Shown here: piece after piece, positions 1 through 11,575 of the stretch
How positions within the stretch are numbered: position 1 is the stretch's first letter
Layout: every line of letters starts with the position of its first letter
DNA from: Squalus acanthias
Lineage: Eukaryota
Assembly (NCBI GenBank): GCA_030390025.1
Contig: CM059432.1
Span: 112,594,001 to 112,658,000 of the forward strand
Direction of reading: 5' to 3'
Length of the DNA stretch: 64,000 nucleotides
Notes under the pieces: generated by a model
Told to the model about the DNA's origin: nothing
The model's database searches: none
The model's input: only the letters and a program-made list of their open reading frames with translations
Translations under genes and position numbers: made by a program

Positions 1-20
1 TATTAATCGTTATTTAGAAA

Positions 21-164
21 AAAATGAGAAGTCGCACAACACCAGGTTATAGTCCAACAGATTTATTTTAAATTACAAGCTTTCGGAGCTGTCGCCCCTT
101 CGTCAGGTAAAGGTGCAATGAAGGAATCTACAATATTACACAGTATATAAACACAGAAATGTAT
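21..164 (-). mobile_element. Short Penelope-like (pLTR-derived) insert with hammerhead motif
   Basis: Flanked by a 12-bp direct repeat GTTATTTAGAAA (9-20, 165-176) that splits the CR1 frame. Homologous to ~29130-29220 in opposite orientation. Confidence 0.7.
73..110 (-). ncRNA. Minimal type-I hammerhead ribozyme motif
   Basis: Reverse complement reads UUAC-CUGACGA-A-GGGGC-GACA-GCUCC-GAAA-GC-U-U-GUAA: CUGANGA/GAAA core, stem II, stem I UUAC/GUAA, and palindromic AGCU in place of stem III. Confidence 0.7.
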
Positions 165-1414
165 GTTATTTAGAAAGGTATGGATTAGTCAAGGACAGTC
201 AGCATGGATTTGTTAAGGGAAGTTCGTGTCTGACTAACTTGATTGAATTTTTTGAGGAGGTAACAAGGAGGGTCGCTGAGGGTAGCACGTTTGATGTAGT
301 CTACATGGATTTTAACAAGGCTTTTGACAACGTCCCACATGGCAGACAGGTCACGAAAGTGAAAGCTCATGAGATCCAGGGCAGAATGGCAAGTTGGATC
401 CAGTGGCAGGAAGCAAAGGGTAATGGTTGACTGGAAGGCTGTTTCCAGTGGGGTTCTGCAGGGCTCAGTACTAGGTCCCTTGCTTGTTGTGGTATATATC
501 AATGATTTAGACTTCAATGTAAAGGGGCATGATTAAGAAGTTTGCCAATGATACGAAAATTGGCTGTGTGGTTGATAGTGAGGAAGAAAGCTGTAGACTG
601 CAGGAAGATATCAATGGACTGGTCAGGTGGGCAGACAAGTGGCAAATGGAATTCAATCTGGAGAAGTGTGAGATGATGCATTTGGGGAGGGCTAACAAGG
701 CAAGGGAATACACTATAAATGGTCGGATACTGAGAAGTGTAGAGGAATAGAGGGACTTTGGAGTGCATGTCAACAGATCATTGAAGGTAGCAGGACAGGT
801 AGATAAGGTGGTTAAGAAGGCAAATGGGACACTTTCCTTTATTAACGAGGCATTGAATATAAGATAAGGGAGGTTATGCTTGAACTGTACAAAACACTAG
901 TTAGGCACAGCTAGAGTACTATGTACAGTTCTGGTCACCACATTACAGGAAAGATGTGATTGCACTAGAGAGGGTACAGAGGAGATTTACGAGGACGTTG
1001 CCAGGACTGGAGAAGTTTAGCTATGAGGAAAGATGGGCTAGGCTGGGGTTGTTTTCTTTGGAACAGAGGAGGCTGAGGGGAGACTTGATTGAGGTGTATA
1101 AAATTATGAGGGGCTGAGATAGAGTGGATAGGAAGGACCTATTTCCCTCAGCAGTGAGGTCAATAACCTGGGGGCATAGATTTAAAGTAATTGGTAGAAG
1201 AATTAGAGGGGATTTGAGGAGAAATATTTTCACCCAGAGGGTGGTGGGGGTCTGGAACTCACTGCCTGAAAGGGTGGTAGAGGCAGAAACCCTCATCACA
1301 TTTAAAAAGTACTTGGATATACACTTGAAGTGCCGTAACCTACAGGGCTATGGACCAAGAGCTGGAAAGTGGGATTAGAATGGATAGCTCATTTTCGGCC
1401 AGCACAGACACGAT

Positions 1415-3088
1415 GGGCTGGATTTTGCGGGGGGTCAGCAGGTGTGATCGGTGGCGGTTCATGGGAAAGTTTTTTTTTTCCCAGCGGGTCGGGAACCTGC
1501 TGTGAACCCGCCACCACGCGCCTTTACCAAATGTCGGGTCTGTCAGCACTGAGCAGACCTGACACGCAGCGGTGGGAGAGGCAATTGAAATCATCAGTGG
1601 CTTGTTTACAACCACTTATCAATGGTTTTTTCCCAGCTTTTTGGATTTGACAGGTCGCCCACCAGTTTCATGTTGTGCCTAGACTTTGTCAGTGAAGTTG
1701 AGGTGGGAGGTCACTGCCCATTGAATCAGCTGATGAGTTAACAGCTTCAAATGTCAAGTCAAAGCTCCCAGCTTCTCTAAACTGCATTTCCACTACCGAT
1801 TCAGGATGCTGCAAGTCTTTACACAAGTGTCCATCCAGTCTGACCTCATTACCTCTCCCAGCATTGACAGATCGCTTCTGTCGTCTCTACTTCACCTGCC
1901 ATCTATTCCATCAGCATGGGTGCCCTTGAAACTCTCTCACCTTGGTCCTCAGAATCCCACCACGATCAGCCCCAACACCAGCAGCACAAGGCACACCAAC
2001 AGCACCGACAACACCAACCTTCTCCGCAGTCAACTGATGCTGCACAGGACACAGGGCATCAGCACCCGACCACATTGCTGCCCAGGAGGCCAGAGATGGT
2101 CTCACCATGGCCAGATTTGCTTCACTTGACGCTGTGCACCTTGGCAGCATCCCTACAATGCCCAAGCCATTCCATTCACACTCATCACCATTGCGGGGGG
2201 TACCGTTATGTCTCGCCATTCACTGCAACTCACTAATCCACTTCCAAAGGTGCACATAAATCTGTCCAAGAATGCAAAGTGTTGAAAATAAAGGTTTCAA
2301 TGTTTGACACCACATTAACAGAACCTTTACATGAACATTGCATAAAACACCCAAGTGCCTATCCTTGTGTGTTGTTAGTTGGTATGATTGCACTAGGATG
2401 AGGGTGAGTGTAAGGGGTGGCTAGTGAGAAGGGGATGTGATAATATAGATAGAGAGAGGGATGGGTGGAGGTGCAAGGTAAGTTGGTGTGAGTAAGGATT
2501 TGCAGGAGTAGGGTAGGGAAGGCAGAGCGATGGGGATGTGATGAGAGGCAGAGCAGGATGAGGTTCAGTGTGGCTTTGTATTAACGTTTCGTGATCTACT
2601 GAGACCATTGAAATGTTTGCAGCACTGCACCCAGGTCCTCCTGACCAGAGCCCTGCTTGTGCCCTCCTCTGCAATGTGCAACCAGGCTGTGTTGATCTCC
2701 TAGGGAGGTCTCTTCCACCCGTAGGAAGGAAAGAGGTCCTCCCTGTGTGCTGTAACTCCCTCCATAAGCATATGAAGGGAGTCATGGGAGAGCCTGGGTG
2801 CAGCCCTGCACCTCTGTGCAGTGATTGTCAGTGTTTGCAGCACCTCAATGCTGTAGAACACTGACAGCACAAATGTCAAAAGAAAAGTGGCCATGGTCCC
2901 TTTAAGGAAACCGGCTGATGACGCTTCATCAAATGACGTCACCAGACCCGCTTCCTCTAATTGGCCGGGAAATGTGCTGGGCGGGCTTAACAAGCCCAAT
3001 CACAGTAAATTAATTTCCGAGGCCGGGATGGAGACAGCAGCGAGGTCGGGACCCGTCACTGACCCGCCGAGGTTCGTAAAATCCAGCC
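1415..3088. mobile_element. Non-autonomous PIF/Harbinger DNA transposon
   Basis: TIRs GGCTGGATTTTGCG (1416-1429) and CGTAAAATCCAGCC (3075-3088); probable 3-bp TSD GAT; inserted in a CR1 3' UTR. Decayed Myb/SANT ORF on the minus strand and a transposase C-terminal tail on the plus strand. Confidence 0.8.
2590..2830 (-). pseudogene. Harbinger Myb/SANT-like (trihelix) DNA-binding ORF, disrupted
   Basis: RAAPRLSHDSLHMLMEGVTAHREDLFP..RPP*EINTAWLHIAEE..RRTWVQCCKHFNGL matches the trihelix W...W..I...R...QC.K.F pattern. Confidence 0.75.
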
Positions 3089-3479
3089 GATGACCCGAAT
3101 GTCCTCCTTCTGTGCCGTAAATTTCTATGATTCAACAGGCATTAATCGCCCATGTTGAAAAGCAGTGACTTAGCAGCATTAAGGGCATCAGTCACAGGGT
3201 TACTGTGTGTGAGAACACAACTCAGTGAGATGATGTAGATATTCAAATGTATGCGCTGGTCTGATTCAGCGACTGGATCAGTGGCTCCATGACTCCCATT
3301 GTCATCACCTCGTTACTAACTGTACTGGACTTGGTGCAGTAGTGCTACCTTCAATTAGCCCTGCTACAGTACAGCTATGTATGATTTTTGCTATTAACTC
3401 CACAAATTCCTCTCTTTTTCAACCCTATAAATTACAGAATGGGTTTTCAAAATCCCAATGCTACCCAGTGCCAATACAA

Positions 3480-4050
3480 AAAAGGCCATATCAGTAAAGT
3501 GCTTGGCTTCTTTACTTGGATAACATTTTAATGCTGAACTTTGTATTTAACTGCATTGACAGCAATGAGAAAACAGCATTTTAAATTGTTCAGTACTCTG
3601 GTCACACTGCACTTTGAATACTGCGTCCAGTTCTTGTTGTCAACAAATAAGAGAGACATTCAAGCACTGAATGCTGTGCAGAGAAGAGCTGTAAGGCTGA
3701 TCGACAATGTCACGGGTCTGAATTATGAGGGAAGACTGGAGATATTTGGGCTTTTGAGCTTGGAAAGCAGGCATTTGAGAAGTGATTTTATAGCCCACTA
3801 TAACGATATGGTCGTTAAGGGTATAGAAAAAGTTAACCTAGAATATTACTTTAAATTAAACTGAGAGCAGAACTAAGGGACACAGGTTTAAACTAGTAAA
3901 AGGTAATTCTAGGACTGGTATCAGGAAATTCTTCTTCATACAGAGAGTGATCAGTGTGTGGACTAAACTTCTAGCACTGCTACTTTGGGAAGCTTTAGGA
4001 TTTGTCTGGATTGATGAGCTAAGATGGGCCGAATGGCCTTCCTCATCTGT
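3480..4050 (+). mobile_element. Old CR1 3' fragment
   Basis: LVTLHFEYCVQF..AVQRRAVRLI..LNYEGRLE..LLSLESRHLRSD, followed by the CR1 tail motif ATGGGCCGAATGGCCT. Confidence 0.85.
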
Positions 4051-4102
4051 AATTATCTTGAGATTTATGCTTGGGCACTTTAACATCAGATTTCCAACAC
4101 AA

Positions 4103-4240
4103 GGGGCTAGACTTTCAATGTGGTGCCTGGGTGTAAAACTGGCGTGGATCAGTCGCTTGTTATTGAAACAGCCTGATTTTCATTTCCGTAGATCCGCAAT
4201 GCCAGCTTTACACCCAAGCGGCAAGTTGAAAATTTACCCC
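4103..4240. mobile_element. Short foldback MITE
   Basis: Imperfect inverted ends (GGGGCTAGACTTTCAA..TGGGTGTAAAACTGGC versus GCCAGCTTTACACCCAA..TTGAAAATTTACCCC). Related to 40592-40766. Confidence 0.55.
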
Positions 4241-6207
4241 ATAATATTAGCTACTCTGAAAAATATGAGAGATTTGGCTCAGATTGAGAGTGGCTTTTGA
4301 CCGAGGTGTAGAGAAAGGATTGCTTACAGCAAACATTATCCTGTTTAATGACCATCCCAATAACTGTAACCACTTGTTTCCTCTACTCTTCTTTTCACCC
4401 TGTTCTGGTTCCCCTTTCCTTTGACTGTGTGCCAGAATCCCACAGTGCTCGGAGACCAAGGTTTCACACACAGACTACTGTAACAGTGAGAGAGCAAAAA
4501 TGGCTACGACGCGTTTTGCTTGTGGAGTGCAGTGCCATAACAGTAGCTGCAACTTTGGAGAAACCAGACAGAGAGCTGTAATTCAGGGCTAATGATATAG
4601 TGTTATAATAATCTCCTCTATTTACATAACTATGCTGTGGTATTCCACAGTTAAGAAAATATTGGGATCAGGCTTTTTTTTTGCTACATACTTAAGCCTC
4701 AAAGTTGACATGCAGTCTGAATAAATGCCTTTTTTTTATATATAAAAACACACGTTGTGTGGTTGCCTGGAAACTTTGCCCACAAGAGTGTCAACTTTCT
4801 TTCAGAAATGAAAAGGAAGATTGAGCTTCACAGTGAGCTTTAGTCTCAGAGAAAAAAAGGTCCTTCTGTGTTTAAAAACAAGTGTCTAGCCAGTAGATAA
4901 TAGTGGTGCTTCAGGTTATAAATGATGCATTTTGTTCACTATGGCTTGATAATAGCATCAGGAAAAAAGTTCATCGCTCCCTTATCAAAACAGGGTGACA
5001 TTTCTTTCTGAACTGTGAAATTCCATATCACATCCCTCCTGCTTTAAGTCCAACCAAACTAACCTGCTCCTTAAAAATTGCTTTGACAATGGATTTAGAA
5101 TTAGTGGAGATTTTTTTGGGAGGCGAGGGGGGAAGAGAGAGTGCGAGAGCGTGACATGCTTTGCTTCTTTTTTAACATACAGTGCAAAACAAACAGACAA
5201 GGGACAGAGTGGCTTTGTGTTATCTGAGCTGCATCTGTTCACAATGGGACATTCATCAGGGCTGCTGAGTGTCCTCGGAGAGATGGAGCAGACCCCTGAG
5301 TCTTGCAGCAGATGACGATCTTATCAAAAAGCCCTCTTCAATCACATCATCAGTTCGCTGCTGCCAAGTCTGTGGCATTTTGTACTGCGTGTTTTAGAGC
5401 TTTAACTACCGGGATAAAATATTTATTAAATCGAGCTGATTCCCACAGTCCTCCCTTTATCGGCCTGATCTTTTCTGGTGAGAAAGTTGGATGTGACTGT
5501 AGGCAGCACATAACTGTACAGCTTTACGTATAACTGTAAAAAAACATTCACCTATATATCTTATGAATGTGGAATTCAGTTCTTAGAAAGACACTGTAGA
5601 AGAGCTCTTATTGTTCGCTATGTGCTGCCAGGGTACCATATAGATTGGGTGTAAATGAGGGCATTAGTACATGCATCACACTGATGCCAAACAAGGGATT
5701 TGCCGTTGTATAGGAGATGCACATAATCTATACAGTTTATACTTATCTGAGAAGCTAGACAAATGAATAACCCTCTATCATGCTGTCAAGCATTGTCATT
5801 TCTGCTATATTATCCACACAACTTGTTGAGCTCACAGACTACATGCATGTGGGTTGACATGAAGGTATAGACGACCCATGTGGATTTAGTAGAAGGTGTG
5901 AGAGAACTGTCAGCTTTCACGTGTCTTTGGGGTGTGACAATTGCCATACAATATGAATGAATTGTCCAAATTATACTTGTAAATGTTACTACCTTAGACG
6001 TTAAAGAAAATCAGTGTTTTGCTGGTATAACAAAATACAGGGTGCAGTAAAAAAAATTTAAACTGTTGACTTTTGCCTGTAGTTACTGTTTGATGCAGTG
6101 CTACAAGACAGTCATTTTCTAATCACTTTTATATAGATCTGTTATAATTACTCTGACTCCATTTTTTTACATTTGAAAAATTGCACTGGCACAGAGTTCC
6201 GTAGACG

Positions 6208-6297
6208 TTAAGTGGATGTCTGCCATTCTGATTCCCCACAAAAATTCCTGGTCTCCGCGTGCGATCGTGACAAAGCATTGAGAGGAGCTTCTGGTAC
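6208..6297 (-). CDS. Candidate terminal coding exon of an unidentified host gene
   Basis: Acceptor CTGACTGTGCCTCTTTCTCTGTGGATAG with a branch-like CTGAC; frame VPEAPLNALSRSHAETRNFCGESEWQTST*; local CpG retention; lies in a repeat-free block. The other two frames are also open, so the frame is uncertain. Confidence 0.3.
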   Translation of the reverse strand, partial: VPEAPLNALSRSHAETRNFCGESEWQTST

Positions 6298-6944
6298 CTA
6301 TCCACAGAGAAAGAGGCACAGTCAGTCGTGCACTTCCTAGTAGCTAGTTTCAGAACATTGTGGGTACAAGTGAGATCTTGTCTGCTTTACCCTCTTATCT
6401 GGAGAACCTGAGGAAACCTAAGAGGGTAGGGGGATTAAAAACAAGCAAGCAAAATGGACTTTCAGCCACAACGAATGTTTTTTAAAAATATACTATTTTT
6501 GAAAAGAATATCATTCTTTTTCTGTGTAGTATGTCTATTAGTGACATTAGAAATCCAAGGAATATAGCTGTGCTTTATAAAGGTTTGATTGTGAGCTCCA
6601 AGGCTTATATTTGCTGTAGGTTATTTTCATAAAATCACAGTGTTATGAGACCTATGTGTCTCAGGTCTGTATTATCTCAATTTGAACTACACTTGATCCT
6701 GTAGCTCGTGTTTTAGTTGCTCACTGTATAGCCCATTCCAGAAAGTAGAATAACCTCTTTTCCACAGCATTTCATTAATTTCTCAGAAATTTAGAGTGGA
6801 ACATCACTAATAATTTCCCTTTGCATGATTGTGTCTGTGCTTTTAATTGTGATAGCAGACTTGTTATTATTAATTTGTTGTAATTTGGTACATTGATGAA
6901 ATGACAGAACTCAAATAAGAATTGACTGTATCAGAGGAAGGTGA

Positions 6945-7475
6945 ACTGTCAGGGCGGCAGTTAAAGAGGAGCTGTTCCCATTCCGCAGCAAATGAGGCAG
7001 CCTCCTAAATCAGGAGGGAGCCTCAGATATGTATGTAAATCGGGGTTCGATTACATCAGTAACACCCCAACGGCCTTTTAACCATGGTTTGAGTGGGGCC
7101 CTCACCACAGTCGCAACCATTCAGTTAAAGCCGCTCTAAGTACTGAAGAGGCCACAAAACTAAATATTCCTCCCGGCCCCACAAGGAAGGTCTCGACCTC
7201 TGCTGCCACAAGCATTCCCCCCGCTCACATTTTCACCTGTGAGAGCCTCCCGAAACCCCTCCCCGGCCACTTACCTTCCAGTCAGCGGACAGCTTCTAGG
7301 CTGAGCAACTTTAACCAGCCCGCTACCTCGTGCCGTCTGTTTCAGGTGGGTAACTGGCCGGCGGGATGTAAATGAGGCCCAGGATTTAAATAGCCCAAAC
7401 CTCAAATTGATGATGTCAGACGCGTTTGCCAAACCCCTCTGCTTGGCTAAACCCTGCTACCAGTTAAAATCCCCC
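6945..7475. mobile_element. Decayed GC-rich Harbinger-type MITE
   Basis: GC-rich island ending GTTAAAATCCCCC, which resembles the AAAATCCAGCC termini at 3088 and ~11155. Confidence 0.45.
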
Positions 7476-8479
7476 TATGTGTCACTCGGCATATATGCCT
7501 GACACAGCGTGTAATTCTAGGCAAAACAGGATTCACTTTATATGAGTGAACAGCTAAATTGAATCATTTAGGAGCAGTGAATACAATTGGGGTTGATTTT
7601 ATAACCGACTCATTAACATGTTGAGCCTCACAGTGCCTGACACACTCTTCCACCTGCAATTTGAAACACAGCCTCACTCAACTGAATACATATTAATTAT
7701 TCAATTTTTCCCATCTCTGGTATTCATCTCAGTTATTCCACAGATTTGTTTGAGAGGAAATGACCTCAGCTGGGTCAGCAGTGGTGCTTTCTCACCTGGA
7801 AAATAAATGTGAAAGGGAGTTTTAAAAAAGTACATTTTGATAACTGAGTCATTATGTAAAGAAATTGAAGAAAATAGTTCTCAATAAATGCACTACAGAT
7901 ACATTATTACTCCATGTGGAGTATGTATGGTACGGGGGTCCTATGCAACCTCAAACTGATAGTGATTGGCAGAGTTAACGCAGATTCTGTAGTCACTTTC
8001 CCTCTCAGTGTATCACAAGAAAAATGAGCTGTGGCACACAGTAAGGAGCACAGAGTAAGTCTGCGGATTTTCGCAATATGGCAAAACACATTTACTTCAC
8101 AAAGAATATTTTTGCCACTGCATTTTCTGGGAACGATTCAGTGCTGGGTGTCGATAGGAAGTGGGTTGAGTTTTTCAGTGTCTGTTTGCTGTATGAATAC
8201 ATGCACCTGCCAGGTATTCACTCAAGTGTATTTTAAAACTAAATATCTACATGTTGGAAAGATTCCTTTTTCCACAGCTTTCATGGCTTTTCCCATCTCA
8301 AAATATTCACACTTAACCAGAGTGTAGTAACAATAGCTTAGGTAAGAAACATTTTTTGAAGTAAATTGAAAAAGTTACCCTACAGGGCCCAGATGGTGAA
8401 CATTTTTACAACTAAAATGTTAAACCCGTAGCTTCCCCTAATAGTATAACAAATTTATTCAAAAAGTATCTGAGCAGTA

Positions 8480-8612
8480 TAGAGCAGGAAGGCGTCAGGT
8501 TCTCTCGCCAGTCTGTGCTGAGTGTGCTGATCTCGGCTGGGGCAGTACAATTGGCCACAGTGCTCTGAGTTTGGGAGAGGATGTTCCTGCTCTTAATTGT
8601 TACCCAGCTACC
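8480..8612 (+). mobile_element. tRNA-derived SINE fragment (family also at ~24700-24840, 42080-42250, 51030-51125, 53335-53649)
   Basis: Shared core GTCTGTGCTGAG..GCTGATCTC..TACAATTGG..GTTCCTG among the copies. Confidence 0.55.
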
Positions 8613-9264
8613 AGAAGTGAAAATACATAGCTGCCAATTAAGGGCAGAACTTCTAGAATTCATTGACTACTTATAAAGACTGTCAGCACTTCACAGATCT
8701 TGTCTCATTGGCAACCTAGGATAAACACTATCCATCCCTGGGAATCTGTCTGTTTTAAGCCCTATGAGACTGTCTAGGACCTCCATTTCATTAATGTTAA
8801 AATCATTAAGCAACAACAATTTACATTTATGTAGCAATTCTCATGTAGAGAACAAAATCTCAGGCATAATTGGATTATCTCTGATAATCTAAGGCGTGCT
8901 ACTGTGTCTTTAGTAAATGATTCAAGGAAGTAATCGATCATTGAATATATTAACTATTTATGCTCATCCTCTGTTTTAAGCCACTAACATCTTTTAAGGT
9001 TATCACGTCTTGACTGGCAGTCCTATTACTATTATAGTATTAGAAGGATTTATTTTCGTTGTGTTTAGTGTCTATAGTATGTACCTGTGCTTATTTTCAG
9101 ATTTCTTCTTGCCACTGAGCTACCCTTTAACATTTTTCTGGATTGTTGTATTCTTCTCAATCATTCTCCTCACCTTACCTTGACAGTTTGTTTTTATTTC
9201 TTATCTCACTTGTGTTTTCTTATTGATCTATTTAGAATCATACTTCTGTGCATCCTCCCCTCCC

Positions 9265-9710
9265 TTTAACCACAGTTAGTGGCCGTGCTTTCAGCTACCT
9301 AGGCCCCCACGCTCTGGATTTCCTCCCTAAACCCCTCTACCTCTCCAACTCCCCTTCCTCTTGTAAAGCCCTGCTTAAAAACCATATCTTTCTCCAAGGT
9401 TTTGGTCACCCTTCAAAATAATCCAATTATGCCTGAGATTTTGTTCTCTACATGTGAATTGCTGCATAAATGTAAATTGTTGTTGCTTAATGCTTTTAAC
9501 ATTAATGAAATGGAGGTCCTAGACAGTCTCAAAGGGCTTAAAACAGACAGATCCCCAGGGATGGATAGTATTTTTCCTAGGTCGCTTATATCCTCCTAAT
9601 ATCTCCTTCTTTGGCTCGGGTGTCCAGTTCTGTCTGATTATGCCTCTGTGAAGTGCCTTGGGACGTTTCTCTACTTTAAAGGTGCTATATGCATGAAAGT
9701 TGTTGTTGCT
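9265..9710 (+). mobile_element. L2-type LINE 3' end with a small internal insertion
   Basis: GGCCGTGCTTTCAGC..CTCTGG..CCTCCCTAAACCCCTC and the tail GTGAAGTGCCTTGGGACG..AAAGGTGCTATAT..(GTT)n. Confidence 0.6.
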
Positions 9711-9719
9711 GCTTGTTTA

Positions 9720-10300
9720 GTTTGTTCTTGTTAACCTAGGTATGCATTCTTCCTGCATTCTCAACAGTATGTTTATAAAGGTATTCCAGTTATCCTCAGC
9801 TGAGCTGTTATTAAAGAATACCACCTCCCCCCCCCCCAGTCAATTTGCTTTAAGCTCTTCTCTCATTTCATTGAAGTTTGCATATTTAAAATTGTATACC
9901 TGTTGATTACTGTTGAATCCCAGATCATGTAGAACTTAATCATGTTGTGTTCGCTATTACCCCTGAGTGTCACAACTTCCATTCCCAGTATACTATCTGT
10001 TACACTCACCATTATCGACTTGAGATGTGAGCTGCCTCTTGTGGCTTCCCTGATGCACTGGATCATGAAGCAATTGTGCATTACATTTGCTAACTCAGTT
10101 TCTAAACCCCTTCAGCATTCCGAATTTATATTGGGTTGGTTGAAAGCTCCTATTAATATTGCCCTCCTCTTTTAGCATTGCTGTCTTCTCTTTTCAATCC
10201 TCCTTTTCTGACCTGGAAGTCCGTGGTATACCCCTTGTTTTGCTGTTCCTATGTTCCTTTCATTGGATCTACTTCCTTAATGTCCGTGGTGTTCTGACAT
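9720..10300 (-). mobile_element. Highly decayed CR1 endonuclease-region fragment
   Basis: FMIQCIREATRGSSHL..GNSEHNMIKF resembles the end of the CR1 APE domain. Confidence 0.6.
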
Positions 10301-10425
10301 GTACAAAAACAATTTGCATTTATATCGCATTCCTCACATCAGAAAGATGTCTTAGAAAGCTTTACAGTGCGGAAAAGAAATAATGGTAGGAGGACTAAGG
10401 AGACCACATACTCCTTGGAAAATAA

Positions 10426-11156
10426 GACCTGATATTAACAGGGGTGGGTTATGTAGGCGGGGTCTGCGTTTTGAACAGGAAACCTGGACGTCCGTGTTTC
10501 ACCACATGCTGCGGAATTTTAGTGTTCGTCTTTTGTCCTTGCCAGGTTTCCTGCCCGGAAGTCAGCCTGATTGACAGGATTGGCTTCCAGTTGGGCGGGG
10601 AGCAGGCCGCAGGACCAGGTAGGTCCGATCCACGACCCAGGGGGAGGGGTCCGATCCCGGTGGGGCTCCAATCCCCGAACCTGGGGGTGGGGAGTGGGTG
10701 TCCGATCCCGGGCCCAGTGGCGGTTCAGATCCCGGGCGGTGTCCGATTCCCAACCCTGGGGGCAGTTCGATGCCCGAGGGTGACCGATCCCAGAGAGAGT
10801 CCGATCCCCAACCCCGGGGGGTCTTTGTATGGGGGGTTCTGAATGAAGGGGGGAGCTTGGGAGCCATGGGGAAGCACTCCTGCTCCTCCTGGCCCACAAG
10901 CAGTGCTGTGAAGGCACTTACATTCTCCCCAAAGCTGTTCGCGCCTCACTTCAGCTGCCTGGTTTCCCGAGGCCTCATTAAAATATTTAAATTGCCAACC
11001 TGCCTCCTGGGAGCGGTTGGCTGCTTGCCCCATGTCCCGCCTCCGTTGAACACTGAAGAGGGACGGTTGGAGGCGGGTTGGGGTTGGGATTTTTAAAATT
11101 TTAACCTCTGACCTGACCCCAACCCACCAGTTTTTGAGTGCTTAAAATCCAGCCCT
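10426..11156. mobile_element. Harbinger-type MITE with internal GTCCGATCCC repeats
   Basis: Right end CTTAAAATCCAGCCC followed by TAA; degenerate left end GACCTGATATTAA preceded by TAA; about 7 copies of a (G)TCCGATCCC-like motif at 10620-10815. Confidence 0.6.
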
Positions 11157-11157
11157 A

Positions 11158-11575
11158 AGAATCTAAATGGGGTAGAGGAGCAAAGGGATCTAGGGGTACA
11201 GATCGACAAATCAGTAAAAGTAGCAACACAGTTTAACAAGGTCATAAAAATGCAAACAACGCACTGGGGTTAATTTCTAGAGGAATAGAATTGAAAAGCA
11301 GAGACGATATGTTAACCTTGTATAGAACCTGGTTCAGACCACACTTGGAGTACGGTGCACAGTTCTGGACTCCATATTATCAAAAGGATATAGAGACACT
11401 GGAGGAGGTGCATTAAAAGACTTACAAGTATGATACCAGAACTGAGGTTATAACTATCAAGAAAGACTGAACAGGCTGGTGCGCTTTTTTGTAGGAAAGA
11501 GAAGGCTGAAGAGTGACCTAATAGAGGTCTTTAACATTATGAAGGGGCTTGATAGGGTAGACGTAGAGAAGATGA
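11158..11575 (+). mobile_element. CR1 3' fragment; a matching CR1 3' tail reappears at ~18783-18862
   Basis: LNGVEEQRDLGV..LYRTWFRPHLEY..; the tail TTGGGCCGAATAGCCTTTTTCTGTGCTG follows the nested elements. Confidence 0.8.

Larger units (their letters stand above)
1..1414 (+). mobile_element. CR1 LINE, 3' portion (RT to 3' UTR); interrupted at 21-164 and again at 1415, with the tail resuming at ~3089-3132
   Basis: ORF fragments ...DVVYMDFNKAFD..., KFANDTK...WADKWQMEFN, RGHRFKVIGRR...FTQRVVGVWNSLP are typical of CR1 ORF2. Multiple stops and frameshifts. Confidence 0.93.

Noticed and set aside
5244..5315. Short plus-strand ORF MGHSSGLLSVLGEMEQTPESCSR
   Set aside because: Too short, with no supporting promoter or splice evidence; expected by chance.
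10444..11096. Cluster of Gly/Pro-rich ORFs on both strands
   Set aside because: Explained by a GC-rich repetitive MITE interior with few stop codons.
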